Below, piece after piece: positions 23,701 through 37,678 of a stretch of 64,000 nt of DNA. The stretch covers positions 1 to 64,000 of the forward strand of contig NW_019091361.1 in NCBI RefSeq assembly GCF_001949145.1, written 5' to 3'. The stretch is from Acanthaster planci (lineage: Eukaryota). A program made the position numbers and the translations under genes. Below the pieces are notes generated by a model that did no database searches, was not told where the DNA came from, and saw only the letters and a program-made list of their open reading frames with translations. How positions within the stretch are numbered: position 1 is the first letter of the stretch; each line of letters opens with the position of its first letter.

Positions 23701-25546
23701 ACTGCGTCATTAATCACTGATAATCTAGAGTCTGGTAGGAATGCCGAAATATTTTAAGGGGGGGCATTGCTTAGTCAAAGACAGCTGTCTTATATGTAGT
23801 TGCTGATTGATCAATATTTAAAGTTCGTACATGTGGGTCTACAGTCAAAAATGAGGTTACGTGAGAAATAATCTTGGGTTCTATAGGCCTCAGGGATGTT
23901 ATAAATTGTTGTACGACTATATAGGTAAATTAGAGTCATAGCTTACTGTTACAATTGTGGTGCGAAAGCTCTTCAGCTGGGTCAGTCAACGTAAACATTT
24001 CGTCTTGAGAGAATCAATCCTCAATAAAAAAGCACTTTACAAGGTCATCAAAAAATTTCTTATGTTAAAGGTCACTGCTGCCTCATTAAAACACAGAAGG
24101 GAACCAAAAAGAAACACAATTTGTCAAGACTCCTTAAAACTTCAATAATGGTGTTTTTAATCATTTGGCTCATCTACCATTTTAGGCAAATCATGTATTA
24201 TTTCAAAAAACGTTTTTTTTCCTTTTGAGGGGCACACCTTGGATGCTTTTGATGTTCAGCTTATTATTTGAATTAATGTAGGGACATGCAAAATTCACAT
24301 TGTTCATTAAGCTAGAGCAGTATATATCACCATCAGATGTGTGCAAGTTTAATCTTTTCACATCATGAACTTTTATGCTCTGTACTGTGAAAGTCATCTG
24401 CGTGTCACAAGCGATCCTGTTATTGATCTCACTTCCAATAAACAGGCCTATAAAGGACTAGATTTTTCTTTTGTCTCAGCTGGTTGCTGATACAGATTTC
24501 CTGAAGGGGGCCTGTATCATAACTTATTGTTGGGCAGTGCACTTTCAATCACACCTGAGTCTCCGTATCTGAGCGCGACCAGACGTTTTCTGTCTTGTAA
24601 TGTTTCGCAGCAATTGTGAATTTTCGATTACTTTACTTTTTTGAAGATTTTGAGCAATAGAAAAGTGTATTTTCAGAATAACACGGTAACAGAGGAGTAT
24701 TTTCTCAACACGATAGTAACGTGAACGTTCAAACAAATAGGTAAGGTAGTGTGTCTTGTTTCAACCAACCTTGATTATATTCGGGTGTTGAAGTTGTTGT
24801 AGCAGTGCAATTTCCTTAAGAACCTTGAAGTTTGCTAGAGTGAAGCACTCCTCCTTACTCATCCCGTACCCGACGCACTGTGTCATGTCTGGTCCATTCG
24901 AAAGAGGTGTCTTCAAGGCCACAGGTTTTCCTCCTAAGAAAGCTTTCTGCACCCTCTTCGTGTACCCAAAGCCCACTAACTCCCTGTCAGACAGAGGTAT
25001 GCTTGCTATTTCCTTACATCCATAGACCAGTTCGGGGGTAAGGGTAGTGTCTTTTGGAGGCTGTTCGGTCTCGCGTGCCGTGTGGATTTGAGCCTCTTTG
25101 TCTGTCTCACCCCTTTGGAGACTCGATGTCGTTTTTTCCTTCGTTGCAGGTGAAACTGGGTCGAGCATGTTGTGCACATCCATCAAATGTCGCTTCGAGT
25201 TCAGCTCTGCCAAATGACGAGGGACTGGCACCGCAGGAGCGTCTGTAAAAGGGCCGTCTAACTGAGCCTGCAGGCGGGCAAGCTGTTCATCGCTCTCTGC
25301 GACCCTTCTCCTCCGGTAGCCGATTTCCTGTCGCAATTCGGACACGAGGTTGGCGAGATGCGTGAGGCGTTTCTCCACGGGGCTCAGCAGCCGTACGCTC
25401 GGATTACCGGCGGTGTCGTCGCTTGTGACATCGGGGCGTGATCGGCCCTCGTTCAACAACAGGAAGGCCGCCCCGATAATCCACAGGGCAAATGCCGCGG
25501 TGGCGGTACCCAGGATTGCTCGTTTAACACAGACTGGTCTCGTCAT
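8774..25546 (-). CDS. PKDCC: Extracellular/secretory-pathway tyrosine kinase PKDCC (VLK) homolog, 7 coding exons, ~550 aa
   Basis: Exons (minus): 25546-24770, 16041-15910, 14655-14548, 13999-13762, 12308-12192, 9425-9231, 8859-8774. All introns GT-AG and phases consistent (1653 nt). N-terminal hydrophobic anchor; GFGYTKRV Gly loop, VALK, LKEIALLQQLQHPNIIKVLGFC, VTEYG, SWEDRLRI, catalytic-loop variant HDFKPSQF, DLDD in place of DFG, Cys-rich C-terminus. These match the PKDCC family. Confidence 0.92.
10543..10973. mobile_element. Nested MITE flanked by TA
   Basis: Termini TA-TAGAGGGAT ... ATCCCTCTA-TA; inner inverted matches AACACAnAnAGCCTCGnTTTC and ATGCGCAGAT at ~10577-10616 and ~10911-10950. 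Confidence 0.65.
11016..11195 (+). mobile_element. Penelope-like retroelement fragment
   Basis: ELKE/FPQPPLVAYKVTNIKKNTVRAKL (one frameshift) resembles the F..PP.VAY....NL...LVRA motif of the Penelope RT-endonuclease linker. Confidence 0.45.
13229..13665. mobile_element. MITE with ~50-bp imperfect TIRs in PKDCC intron 4
   Basis: ACATAACAATTTGAATTCTTCACACTAAACACACTGTTGCTATACCTCGT versus reverse complement of the right end ACATAAAGCAATTTGAATTCCCCAGACTAAAAACACTGTTGCTTTACATCGT. Confidence 0.7.
16262..16660. mobile_element. Palindromic repeat containing a tRNA B-box (degenerate copy)
   Basis: Arms TGTACTTTTGCGTCGGGGAG / CTCCCCGACGCAAAAGTACA; internal GGTTCGAGTCCCACCCGAGTAA; same family as 18024-18482. 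Confidence 0.75.
18024..18482. mobile_element. Palindromic repeat with a central tRNA-like module
   Basis: ~140-170-bp inverted arms (18024-18195 and 18304-18452). The minus-strand centre reads GCTCGGTGGTCGAGTGGTTAAGAC..GTTCGAGTCCCACACGAGT (A and B boxes); a second B-box is on the plus strand. Confidence 0.8.
18521..18695. repeat. ~84-bp tandem duplication
   Basis: TGACAACCATTCCATGG..CCAATATT..CATTC.ATACCAT repeated at ~18521 and ~18604. Confidence 0.7.
21475..21853. mobile_element. CAGTGGCGTA-type MITE with G/C-rich subtermini
   Basis: CAGAGGCGTAAATC ... GATTTACGCCACTG inverted termini with poly-G/C tracts. Related short elements at ~27730-27821, ~36714-36934 and ~54436-54594. Confidence 0.65.
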
Positions 25547-28500
25547 CTAGCCAATTACATTGGACATCGGCCGACAAGGTCGCGGAGAAATCAACGTAAT
25601 TTAACCATAAAGTTTTATTTTATTTAACAAAGGGGCATTTTACATATTAATATTCAGAGGTTCTGAGTTCCAGAATGCTTCATGGATCTTCAGTCGAGTA
25701 GCTGTCACTAGACTCTTCTGGTCTGAACAGTTGCTTGCGTGTCCAGCCTGAATGGCATGTTATGTTCCAAATGAATTCATCACCATTGGGTTTGGCTTCC
25801 TCAGTTTACCATTCTATCGGCATTCCATTCCACAAATCAGTATTTCCTGGACCGCGTGGCAAACTCGATAGTTCCCGCAGCCAATTTATCGGCAGTCCCA
25901 CGGCGACGAGTCCTTTTACATAAAACAAATGTACGTCATCTTGGACTCTTAATGCTTACATATTGACATCAAACTATTGGGACTTGAACTTACGAAGCAG
26001 CCTACTGACTTCAGAGAACTTGCTGTGTTCAGTAATCAGTACTCGAACACGCACTAGTTGGAGCGGCTCCATGGTAATTGTATCGTCTTTGCTGTATAAA
26101 CGAATCAATGGTAGTTTCGATCCACTCTGTCATTCCCGGCCACACGTGATTCATCAGGCCCAGATTTGATTGGTCACCGATTTGGGCTTTGCTAATTGAT
26201 GCCTATTGTCCGGCCTGGACGGGCCGAGCAAACAACACTGGCGCTCACCGCCACTCTTAAGCGTCCATTAGGGATTTACCGATTCAGGTTGATTGACAGA
26301 GCTTAATTGACAAGGCATAAAGTACTCCACTCCAGCCCAGATGCATACAGAAGTAGCAAGGGATTGCTTGCTACTGTTCACTCGTTAGAAAGTGCAGGAC
26401 TGACGGTGGAGTGCTGAAAAAAATCCGGGCTGCTGATGATGTGCACGGCGTCCTGTGTACTTTTCCACCCAGCTTCAGTTAGCAGCTGCCCGTGCTGAAT
26501 GTTTTCACTCACTGCCTGCAGCTACGAAATGAAACTGGACACTTCTAAGATCTCACTCATGTAGGTTAGTGGGCTCTCGAATTTTAGTTCAAATATTGTG
26601 TAGCTGGAGGAAGCTCAAAGCTAGTTAGTACTTGGTACAACCATGGTACAACCGCGTCCGCAGAATCTATACAGGTCATTATTCAAACAAGGAGAAAATC
26701 TTAAGTGCATACACCACACAGGGGATCCCGCTCCCGAGGATTCGCGGCTGAAGGAAGCACACAATATGAGAGGTCAGCGATGTTTCATTTTTTACAGGCG
26801 CGGATTATGAATGCAATATCCTTTGGCTGTTTCTTTCTGTTCCTTTGCGAACCAGTGTTTCTTGTCTTGGGGTGAACGCTGGGTAATGTCAATCTCAATT
26901 GAAGATGGCACTCATCAAATCTATGCGCAGGTAATTCCACCGCCGAATAGGCAATTACCACAAATGGTTTTAGTGTATAGGGTTATCCCCATAATGGACT
27001 CTAGTTGCATCATGTCTGAAAGGCAAAACCGCATTCAAATTGCGAGGTTTTTTTCTTGTGTGCATGCAGATATAGCGGATGCATGTCACGTCTCTGTTAA
27101 GTGACGTCCAAATTCACCAATTTTGACGATCGACTAAGCCCCACAGCGTGACCCAAAACTGTCGGTGTCAACGGCCATTATAACCTTCCATGTAATCCAG
27201 TATCTTGCCGTGTCGCTCTGTGAAAATGGAAACAAAGCGGAGGTCACAGAATTGGTTGGGAGAGTAGAAAATGAAAGAAAACTTTGACAATTATAAAGCC
27301 AAATTGCCTACAACCGGAAATGTAACCCCGTCGATTTGTTTTTCTGAATTTCATTCGTGGGAAAATCAGGAGAAAGGGATAGATGACAAGAATTTAAAAT
27401 GACTGTATAAAAGCAGGGAAAACTTTGGAGTCCAAAGTAGCCTACAAGCCTTTTCATCCTGGCCCGAAAGCGAACACCGACTCAAATTTGTGACGTTTGA
27501 TCTAATATTTACGCTGCAAATCCTCAACTGCATAATACTTTTCAGCGCAGCGAATCTCGCTGCAAATGTGTTGTGACGTCACATTTTCAAAGTACATGTA
27601 TATAAACCTGACACAGGCCTTGGTGAAATTTCTGACGGGACATACCCGGAGGCAAATATTTTTGAAGGGGCACTGAAAGAAACTGAACACTGGCTTCTAC
27701 ATAACTTGAATGTAATTCGCAATTTCAAACAGTGGTGGCCCTCGGGGGGAAAAATATTTCCGCTGGACGGGGGAACGTGAGTTCCCCCCCTCCCTGTACA
27801 TGTATATAGTTACGCCACTGGTCAATGTTTTTCAGAGTCTTTTTTGTGACATGTTCAGTCTAGTGACAATGAGAATTGCTGTGTTGAACTGAAAGGTACC
27901 CCGAATTCCTTTTTACGGTTTAGAAGAAAATGTATAGTGGAGAGGGCTTTGCACCCTTTTGATCCATTTGGGCACTTAAAGCCGCCAATTGAACAACCAC
28001 TTCAAAGACAGCAGATCAAAATTGCCTCGGACAACTTGATTTTTTCCCACCACTTTGCAATACACTGGATAAAATTCACCGGAGACTGACCGTGCCAGAG
28101 TGCTGACACCGCAGGCATCTCGACGGCAACCTGATCAGAGGAAATTGAAAAATATGACCCTTCACCTCCAATTTATATTGTTACATTTCTGCTCAGCAGT
28201 TGCCGAACGTCATCTTGTAAGGTTTCATAGACTTCCAAAAGACCAAAATCTGTGCTGTAAAAACTGAATGTAAATGTAATGTCCAAGAAATAAACAATTA
28301 AATGAAAAGATGCTGCTCAAAGACGGGAGTAACCTAAAGGATACATTTAAATTGTTGTAAAAGCTATGGGAACTGATTTGTTAGAGGGTGTTTTATCGTG
28401 GAAGGTTCTCTCCCAAAAAAAGGAGCTTGGGCCTACCATTAATAGAGGCCCCATAAAAATTTGTTTCACTTACATAATATCTAATTAATTTGTTTGTGGT

Positions 28501-31500
28501 CTCCCGTCTCTCTGATCACAAACGTCATAAGGGAAGAGGCCCTTGACATAGTGTAGTGCTGTTACATGCAGCGTACCAGTGTCTAGAGGAAGACCGACGT
28601 AAATCTGAAGTACGCGCTCAGATACTTTCTTACGACGCGTCGTAAGCTGTCGCACTACCATAATATTTTTTAAACTTGGTATGCATGAGTTTCAATCCTT
28701 ACAAGGTTTTTGATACGATCACACCTTCGTGCGTGTTTGCTCTTGCGATCACTGTAAGTGGGAAAGTTGATATTTTTGGCCTAGGGCCTAAGTTTTGGAA
28801 ATTGTCATGAGAAGGTTATTCGTGTTTTATCGAACCGCTGGCGAAAAGGATGTCAAGACATCAATCAGTGAGAATGAATGACGGTTCGATAAGCCTAATA
28901 ACAAACAAATTTGTACTTTTTGTGCTGAAGAAAAAGATGCAAGCTGTGCACTTTTGTTTAGACTGGTTCGTAAATCTATCATTTGCAGTTTGCAAGTAGT
29001 AACAGCGCAAACACAATCACTCAATATATACAAACGGGAAAGATTGAACTTGACACTTTTGACCAATAAGGTCCCTAACAGTTGCAGGCAGAGTAAAATG
29101 CTTTCTGTTGCCATTTTAAACAGAATGGGATTTATTTTATCCACGCAATTTTGAAGTCTCTATGTCACACATTGTACAGACGAATTTGTAAATGGAGATT
29201 AACGGGATAGACCCACTAGACACTCACAGGCTTGTTTTTGTGTCTGGGGTTCGTGGCCCTGCAAGAGACATCGTCAGTCGTCAATACTGACGTTAATATC
29301 CACGACTAAAATTCACGACTTACCTCAAGTCGCCAAAATTGGCATCAATATTAGGCCTAACGATTGGTGATGTTCCTTCAAAGCCACTGTATTGGGGACT
29401 GTTAGCATCAGCACTACTTAATATGTGTTTTCCGACTCAAGTTGTGCAGTAATATATTTTCTTAAACCAAGCGACTTGGCTGATTTCACTTGTATCTTAT
29501 GCACATGCCCTAGCCCAACTGATGAACATGCTGAATTGAAGTTATTCTTGGAAGCAAATTGCGCAAAAGCGCAGACTGTGGCAAAAGTGGGTTTGCATCA
29601 CAATGTACAAACACGGCCTTTATGTTTCACTTCAGATGTGAAATTACTAAACTCCACCCCTCCCCTTTGATCGTGCATGTGCTACTGGTACCTCACACAT
29701 CCAATCTTTCAACACCGGTGGAATAATAACCTTCAGTACCTGTGATAGGTGCAGTAATTATTGCAACTCGCGAATTAAGTTAAGGAGAAACCACTGCGTC
29801 TGAACCCATTCGAATCCAAGAGTCTCCACTTTTTTCGTCGTTTCTCTAATTTAAACCCCTCTTGTGTCGTCATCGCACTCAGAGAAGTGTCTATTCTTCT
29901 TAAGAAAGTAGAGTAAACTGCACATTCTACAAAAAACACGGACCAAAACTGACTTTATAGCCACAGGAATCGCAGTTGTGGCACTGAATTATCACGTCAA
30001 GCGCAATGATAAACGCTCTTAAGAGTTAAGTACACTGTTTTAGACCTTCTACAAGTTGTTGCTGTGTGGATTTTTCAATTGCCATGCTAATATATTCTGT
30101 TTCATGTTCGGTGGCGATTACAATTTTTCAATTAAGTGAAATAGTGTTTTCATTTCAGTCATTTTTTTAATGTGTCTTTTTCATTTTATTACATACCCCT
30201 AAGTTCCATTTTATTTTCATTTCCTCGGTGTTTGACTTTTTTACTTAGGCCCTATTCGTATTTATATGTTGATTATAAGGTATAATGTTTATTATTTGTC
30301 TTCATGTTTTTATTTTTGAAATTCAAACTTTGCCGATTTACATCAGTTTAACCTCAGTTATAAATCGTCCTCTGTAATCAACATTTTTTAAATAACTGTA
30401 ACGATGACAATTCATGTGGAACTTTAGAGAAGTGATAAATCGCTTAGAAACCTATCGATACTTCTCAAATGTTAAATATACCAAATGCATAAATTTTACA
30501 AACGAAATAATTTACTGTGCAGTGAATGAAAAAAAAATACATGTAGTTGTGCACCCAACCGAAGAGTGCACAATATTAACAGTTTGAGCCAGAAATAAAG
30601 CTTTCATGCAACGTACATAAGGAGCCAACGCTGAACACTGGGTCAAATTAAAAAACTTTTTGTCTTCTTGTAGAATGGACAGTAGTGGAAGAAGAGACGT
30701 GACTTAAAGATGGATAGACACCACTTGGGATTGGTTAACCTCAGTCATTGATATCATGTGAAATAGTCATATTTGTAACCCGGAAACGCAATAACCTAAA
30801 TAGGTTTTTAGACTCTTTGGTGTGGCTAGAGGCTCTGCAGGTAAAAATAAAAACAAACGGTGCACGGTGCAGCTGCAGTGAATGTTGAGTGAAAGCTGAA
30901 TGTTTCTTCCAAAAGGCTTGTAACAGTTTGAGTCGATCCCATGTAGACTGAATATTCGAATTCAAGGGGTGGACTCCTTGATTTGACCAAAGCTAGCACG
31001 TGTGAAAAGAAGAGAACGTGTAGATGATTCCATATGTACATTTATATTTTTGTACATTTCTGTATGTAGCCAAAGGAGCAAGCAAACTTAAGCAGAGGCG
31101 CAGTTTGCCGTGACGAATCGAAAAAGAAAGAGACACTCGGAATACGGTGCACTTGCTCGAGGTCGGAAAAGATTTCCTTCCTGAATGGCTTTTAGCTGGA
31201 CTTGAAAAACTCTGAAGAGATTTGTGCCTGAGTTACAGAAATTAAGAAGTTGGGTTTATTTGTTCCTCTGTGTGTGCGGTACAGTCCCCTTGACGCATCC
31301 TACGGACTGAAAGTCTCACGGTAAAAAGTTTAAGAATCCCTACATGTAGTTTAGCGTTACAACGAGAGAAAGGGGCAAATAGGTCAAGACGTGTGTGATC
31401 TGTAAGTAATTATCCATTCGAAATGTATCCGTGTAATTTCATATTGTCGGCCATACAGGGCTAGGGGTGTTGAGCCAAGCGAGCCCGTTTGATGATCATA

Positions 31501-34500
31501 TGCTGCATTGAACTTCGCCTCGATCCAATAACAAAGTACGGTATGTCATACCAACTAGCCTCCACTGCATTGGCATCGAGTACAGCTACACCGTGTCCTG
31601 GGGCAAATTGGCCCAGAAATAACAAAATTATAGTCTAGGGTGAGATCGCTTACTGGTTTTCCAGAGGTTATCAAACGGAGCCGGCCCATTAAGGGAGAGA
31701 ATGGATGCCCAGAAAAACTGTTGATTTGCCCGTATTGATTAGGTTTGAGAATGCCAGGTCAGATGCCATTACCCTGGAGGCACAAATAGCGTACTGCCTG
31801 ACATGGTTGTAGAAAATGCATGAATAAAAACTGCAAGACCCCTAGTAAGCATTATTGAAATTATTGAAAATGTTAGTTTTTCAGGTTCAGTCAATAACGA
31901 AAGTAACGGATGCCTCAGCACTTAGTCTATGCTGATCTGAATGCCTCGCCTATTTCACAGTCTCTCCTGCGTTCCCATGCGACGCTTTTAGAAATATTCC
32001 TTAGGGCGACAAAGTCTTCGAAGGTTTTAAATTTCATAAATTGTTTCCAAAATTCCAGTATTCCTTTCCTTTGAAACACGTTTGTTGTAGTAACACTCTC
32101 TGGAATAAGAAATTTACTTTGGGTCCTTGTTAATTTGGTTTGAAATCGTGTGTTGACGACAGTAGATGAAAACATAGTTTCTTATGGTGGTGTATGGTGG
32201 CTGAAAATTTTATTTGGTGAAGGGGATCTAGCCGAGTTTGGCGTGGGGAAATTATCACGAGAAACAGTTGCAGTTGCGTGGTCGTGTGTTTCAGCAATCT
32301 CTGCAGTGGAGATAATGGAACTTTCTTGAAAACACTTCTCATGTCCGAATTCTTCCATGTCTAAACCCGCAGGTGCAAACTCAACTTGATTGAGTGGTGT
32401 GAGAACAGGAAAGACAAATAAACGAGAGGTTAGGGTATCATATTTGTGGTATTATTTTGCCACGGCGGCGAGCGACAATAGGGCAAGGGCACGCAACCAG
32501 CCATGCTGCGCTGGGGAGCTCAAGCGCACGTGTACCTTACAGGCCCTTAGGGAGAATGTGCTGTGGGAAACCGCTTGCTTCGGTTGTTAACGCCTCAGAC
32601 AATGTTTAAAACCACAGTCACATCTGTCTTTGTGAGACAGAAATATCGAGTAGATAAACTCAGACAGAACTAGCAGCCCGCTTCTGTATAAACTATATAG
32701 TCTTTACTTATTTCCGTTACTATCCTATATTTAGTCAGTGACCAAAATAAACACGGGATTCACAGGATCAGAAGCTTACAATTTCCCACCATGCTTTATT
32801 ATAAAGACGTCTTATTACCAGAGAAAGATAACTCTCACCGCACACCGAAATTAACTGGAATCTAACTGGGTGATTACGTTTCAGTTTGATTCGCTTGAAA
32901 AACTCTTAAACGATTTTATATGGAAAAAAGAAATTTTTCTGCCTATCAAAATGTAATGCACAGGAGCAGCCTACGTACGGTATTGATTTTACTAAACCTG
33001 CACGTAAAGAGATAACCAGCTCAATTTTATAAAACGGAGAAATTAAATTAGCTGTATATCAAAATAGTTCAACACGCGCAACAAAAATTTTTTATCTGTT
33101 ATTTCGTTTTCAACAGTTTTTGTCGCATAGAACGACCCAGTGACCCATCCTTTCATACTCTATAGGAATATGTCCTTGTCTTACCGAGATGTTTTGGTGT
33201 GTTACCTATTCTACTCAACTGAACCAGCGGGTATACAACGCGATCAGCAGACCGATTCTCGTCAGGCAGAGATATTTTGCTCATCAAAATGTTTGCAAAG
33301 GCGCATATTCCCAAACTGTCGAGCTTCTAGACAAAACACATTCAGTGACCATCATTAAATACAAATTTAACTCTTCACCTAGAATTTAATTGGAGCTATA
33401 GAATTGTGAGGGCGGAAAGGAACATTGATTTCGATTTTTCTCCTTTTTTGGCATTACACTGAAACGTTTCTGTAGTCTTAATATTTCATAACGCTAATCA
33501 TTTCTTATAAATTTGCCTTGATCTGAATTTAAACTACCGGTAATGGAAAGGAAAAACAAATATGATTGGGTGAGAACATTATATTGATTTTATTCGAACA
33601 TTATCATTTTATATAAAGGTTCATTCTCCTTTACTTTTTTCATCCTTCTTTCAGTAGTCCACATTATTCATTCGCCTTCTACGTCACTATCGATGAACGG
33701 ACGAGAACCGGTCGATTCTCTGGATTCACCGCAGACTATGAACACAAACAAGACGGAGACATCTGCCACACGTGTAATGCTAAATTGTTGTGTGAGGACA
33801 GACGTATATGACAGAATTATATACAATCTGGACGGGCCTGACCTCGTTTCATTTTAGTGAAAATTAAATATCTTTAGTCCCGTTTGTTATCTGTTCGGCC
33901 TGAGGGACAACTGCAGAAGTACAACACGGCAGGTTCACCATTTTCAATTTATTACATGAAGACGCTCTCCACATGCATTTTTTATTCCAAATTTGACCCC
34001 ATTATCAAATACACTCATCGGTCCCCATTTGCCATGTTCGTGAGTTTATGTTTATTTTTTCATGCCGTTCCATGAGCATGGAATCGAGTTGCTGAAGGGA
34101 GATGTGTATTTGGGGGCTACACGGAGCAGAATGCATAAGGGGGAGAGTCAAAGCCACTGCATCCACACGAAAAGTGATAATTTTCGAAAAATCAATGCAC
34201 TTTTTCACTTTTCATACCTGCCAGAAAATAGTCAGACCACACCAAGCCCATTGTCTTCAGTGTAATTTTACAAAGTTCACTGAGGATTGGCTGGTAACCT
34301 ATAAGTTGAAAGTTCAGCTCGGTTCTTCTGTTAAATTTATTGTTGTCCTCGGTCATTTTCACAAGCATGGGTTCAAGAGGTGATTTATTAGTGTTTTTTT
34401 CCACCAGGGCGCTGTCATGGGTCACTGTAATCATCGTGGCAAACGGCTCGACCACACAGGCTTTCCGAGCTGATCGGGGTGTGTTTATGCTCCACACCAA

Positions 34501-37500
34501 CCACGACGTTGTTCCCAGTTGTGTGGCGGGGGGGCGTAAGGGGGCGTGGGGGCGCACGCCCCCTCATAAAAAATCATCGCCCTCAAGTCGCTTCCCCCCT
34601 TTGCATTTCAGAAACCGTACACATGCATTTCACTATGTGATCACGATTATGTACATGTATATGTCCAAGATCCAGTCACCCCCCCCAATTTAGCGTGAAG
34701 CCCCCTATCGGCCTCCTGTGCTCAGAATCCTGGCTACGCCGCAGCTTGATCCATCCCCCACCACCCTCCCCGGGTGACCCAAGTTCGGCACCTCCACAGC
34801 AGATCATTCAATATAGACTGACATTAACTTCACGTGAAATGCATCTGGATTGATGGCATTTTATTGTCAGTCGTTATTCAAGACGCTTCAAAGTCCTTAG
34901 ATATGATAATATACGTCTAATAATAAGTGTAATGCACATATCCGACAGTAATGCTGCCTAAGTTGCTATTACAATCAATATTATTCTCGCTAATCCGGCT
35001 ACGGGACCAATAATTATTTATCCAGCGCAGGTCCAGCCCTTAACGCTCACACTCCAGTTTGGAGAAAGATCAAGCTGAAAAAATTTACCGATGACCCTAT
35101 CACATTAGCTGGAATTAGATCCATGGTTGGGAGTCACAAGCCCTTGCAACTAGATGAAACTTCTTATTGTTAGCACGGACGATGCGCAGGAAACAGGTAC
35201 TCATTTTCACCATGCACCGTTGTTAAAAACTATAGATTCTTTTTCTGCTCGATTGCTGCGTGTGCGTCTGGGGCAAACTCGATTCACGATTCACCTGAAG
35301 CATTGTCACCGTTATTATTAACAATCGTTTAGAAAATAAAAGTAGAGAGCATATTTCTCATTTATTCTCTTCCCCATTCTGGTACTGTTTAATTGTTTTG
35401 GCAAAAATTGTCCTACTCCCCTCCGGCAGAGCTTGCTGATCAAAAGAGCCGATTCCAGTTTTACAATCTCTTGAGAGAGTGTCTGTTTTCGTTGGCAACC
35501 CTGATTAGCCTATTAAGTTGGTCCATCTGTCGAAATGGTAATCCACCTACACAAAAATGTACAATATCCTCTCGGACTGGGAGATCAAGTAGAGGAAAAA
35601 AATTGTGCTGTTGAAACAGTTTTGGAAATAGAAACCAAATTGCAATGGCCACAGCAAGTACATGTTGTGGGGTTGAGAGGTGGATAACCTTTTGGGAGAG
35701 GGGTCAAGTAGGTAATAGAACCACCTATCTTATTGCACGGATAATGTAATATGATGTATAAGTCATTTCAGCAACTCTCCCATCAGAATCGTGTGACAAG
35801 CCATTGTCGTTAGTATGACAAGTACGGTTTTACATCTTGCTGGCACACAGCTGACAATAACTCGAGACAGTCTAGATGACGCGTTATAATATACCATTCT
35901 CATTTTTGACCGAGAGATTGATATTAAAGTGTGCGCTTTCAGAGAGCAATTTTGGGTGTGAAAATATAGGTATTCAAAATAATGAATAGACTATGCTGGT
36001 AGATTCAGCTTGGCACCTTCGCTCATCCTTTGCTGTTAAAGTTATAAAATAGTGACCCAACAAAAGCGGAGAGATACAGGCATGGGGTGACGTGCCGTTT
36101 CATATCTGCGGCTCTCTTCATGCAGCTGCTGGTACAGCTGCGGTAGGCAAAGACGATACTTGCTTTCAGTATGCAAGGACACCAAATGCCAATCTTTGCT
36201 CGCACCAAACAGACACAATGTGGCCTTCCCGTTTTATTGATGTTGTGCGTCAATTTGATCGACAGAAGCAGTCATCCTGGCCACCCCGCAAACCCCGCCT
36301 GATCAATTAACGTAATTTGTAAAGGGCCTCGCTTTATAACGACAGGTGGAACGAAAGCAAATAACAAATGGCCGTAAGGCAGAAAGACAGCAAAATAGGC
36401 GTACAGTAATGTTGGGATATACCAGCTGTTTTGTTTTTCTTCGAGCAACTAAATTGAGGAGTTCCAGTTTATTTTACGACGCAGAGTTGGAACAGTGATT
36501 GACAAGATTAAACAGCAAAATGATTTAATTTGAATGAAAATTCCAAAGTCCTTTTATTTTATTTGGATATAACATTTGCCTTGTCACACAAAAGCATTTC
36601 GTGTGATCCATTATTAAGACCTCCCTGTCCATTAAGTTACAGCTTAGAGTAATGAAAAGGTTGAATGCTACCAGGAATTGGTACTGGTAGGCTGTGAATA
36701 AAAGAGTTATAAGAAGGGGTGGATCCAGGAATTTTTCCGGGGGTGGGGTCGGAGATTAATTTTTTATTTTTTTTTTTGTGGCTCAGCGGAAAAGATGATG
36801 AAACATTACATGACAGACACTGTTTACAATGCTATTGGTGCATTTTTTCACTTTTTGTTTTAATTTCCCAATTATTTTCACTTTTCTCCGTTTCTTGGAG
36901 GGATGGAGTTTGATCCCCACTACCGGATCCGCGGTTTATAAGTAGTGAATTTTTTGTTTAAGCGTTATTTTAATCTGGGGGATGCTATTCTTGGTGAAGT
37001 AATTGTACGAATGAGGTAAACTGTCACGATCTGCCCCTCATTTTAATGGAAAGTTTGAGAGCTGTACAATTCCATCTCCTCGAGGCCTCCCATTTTATCT
37101 TCTAAATACAAAATGTTCCAGAGAGGGAGTCTTGCACGTTTTATTCACAGGGGGCTCCTCTATGACCCTATACTGTCAGAACTGACACATACATCCACGC
37201 GCTGCAGTCTGGAAGCTATCAGCTTTGTGATTGATGCGAGGCCATTGCCGCTCCGTCTGTCGGCACGTCTCGGCATGATAAACACCGAGACGCCCAATCC
37301 TCTCACCCGGTGTTAGAATGAAATTGACCGCAAATGGAGGACGATGAATTGCTTTCCTTGGCCGTTATGACCATGGGGATCCCCTGCATGGGAATGATCA
37401 TAGGGATCCCTTGCACGAGATACAGAGGTTAGTACATCGTGAACTCTGCGGTACAAATCCAAGGTGTCAATTGCCAAAGTGCCTCTCTTTATGCTAAAAT

Positions 37501-37678
37501 AAGACACAAAAGGAATGATTTATGGATGCTTAAAATGAATCAGTGAATGACCAATTCTACCAATATGAACTTTATAGCAGTTCGCAGTGTCAAAGGAAGC
37601 TCACAGAGGCTACATTATATCCGAGTTAAGCCGAAGTTATTCTTCGTTCAATTTTACCTCAAAGTAACAAGCTGGAGT

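Noticed and set aside
37313..37507. Possible extra exon (PLAT domain) downstream of lipase A
   Set aside because: There is an acceptor-like site, but the translation does not resemble PLAT and lipase A stops at the same position as B and C.
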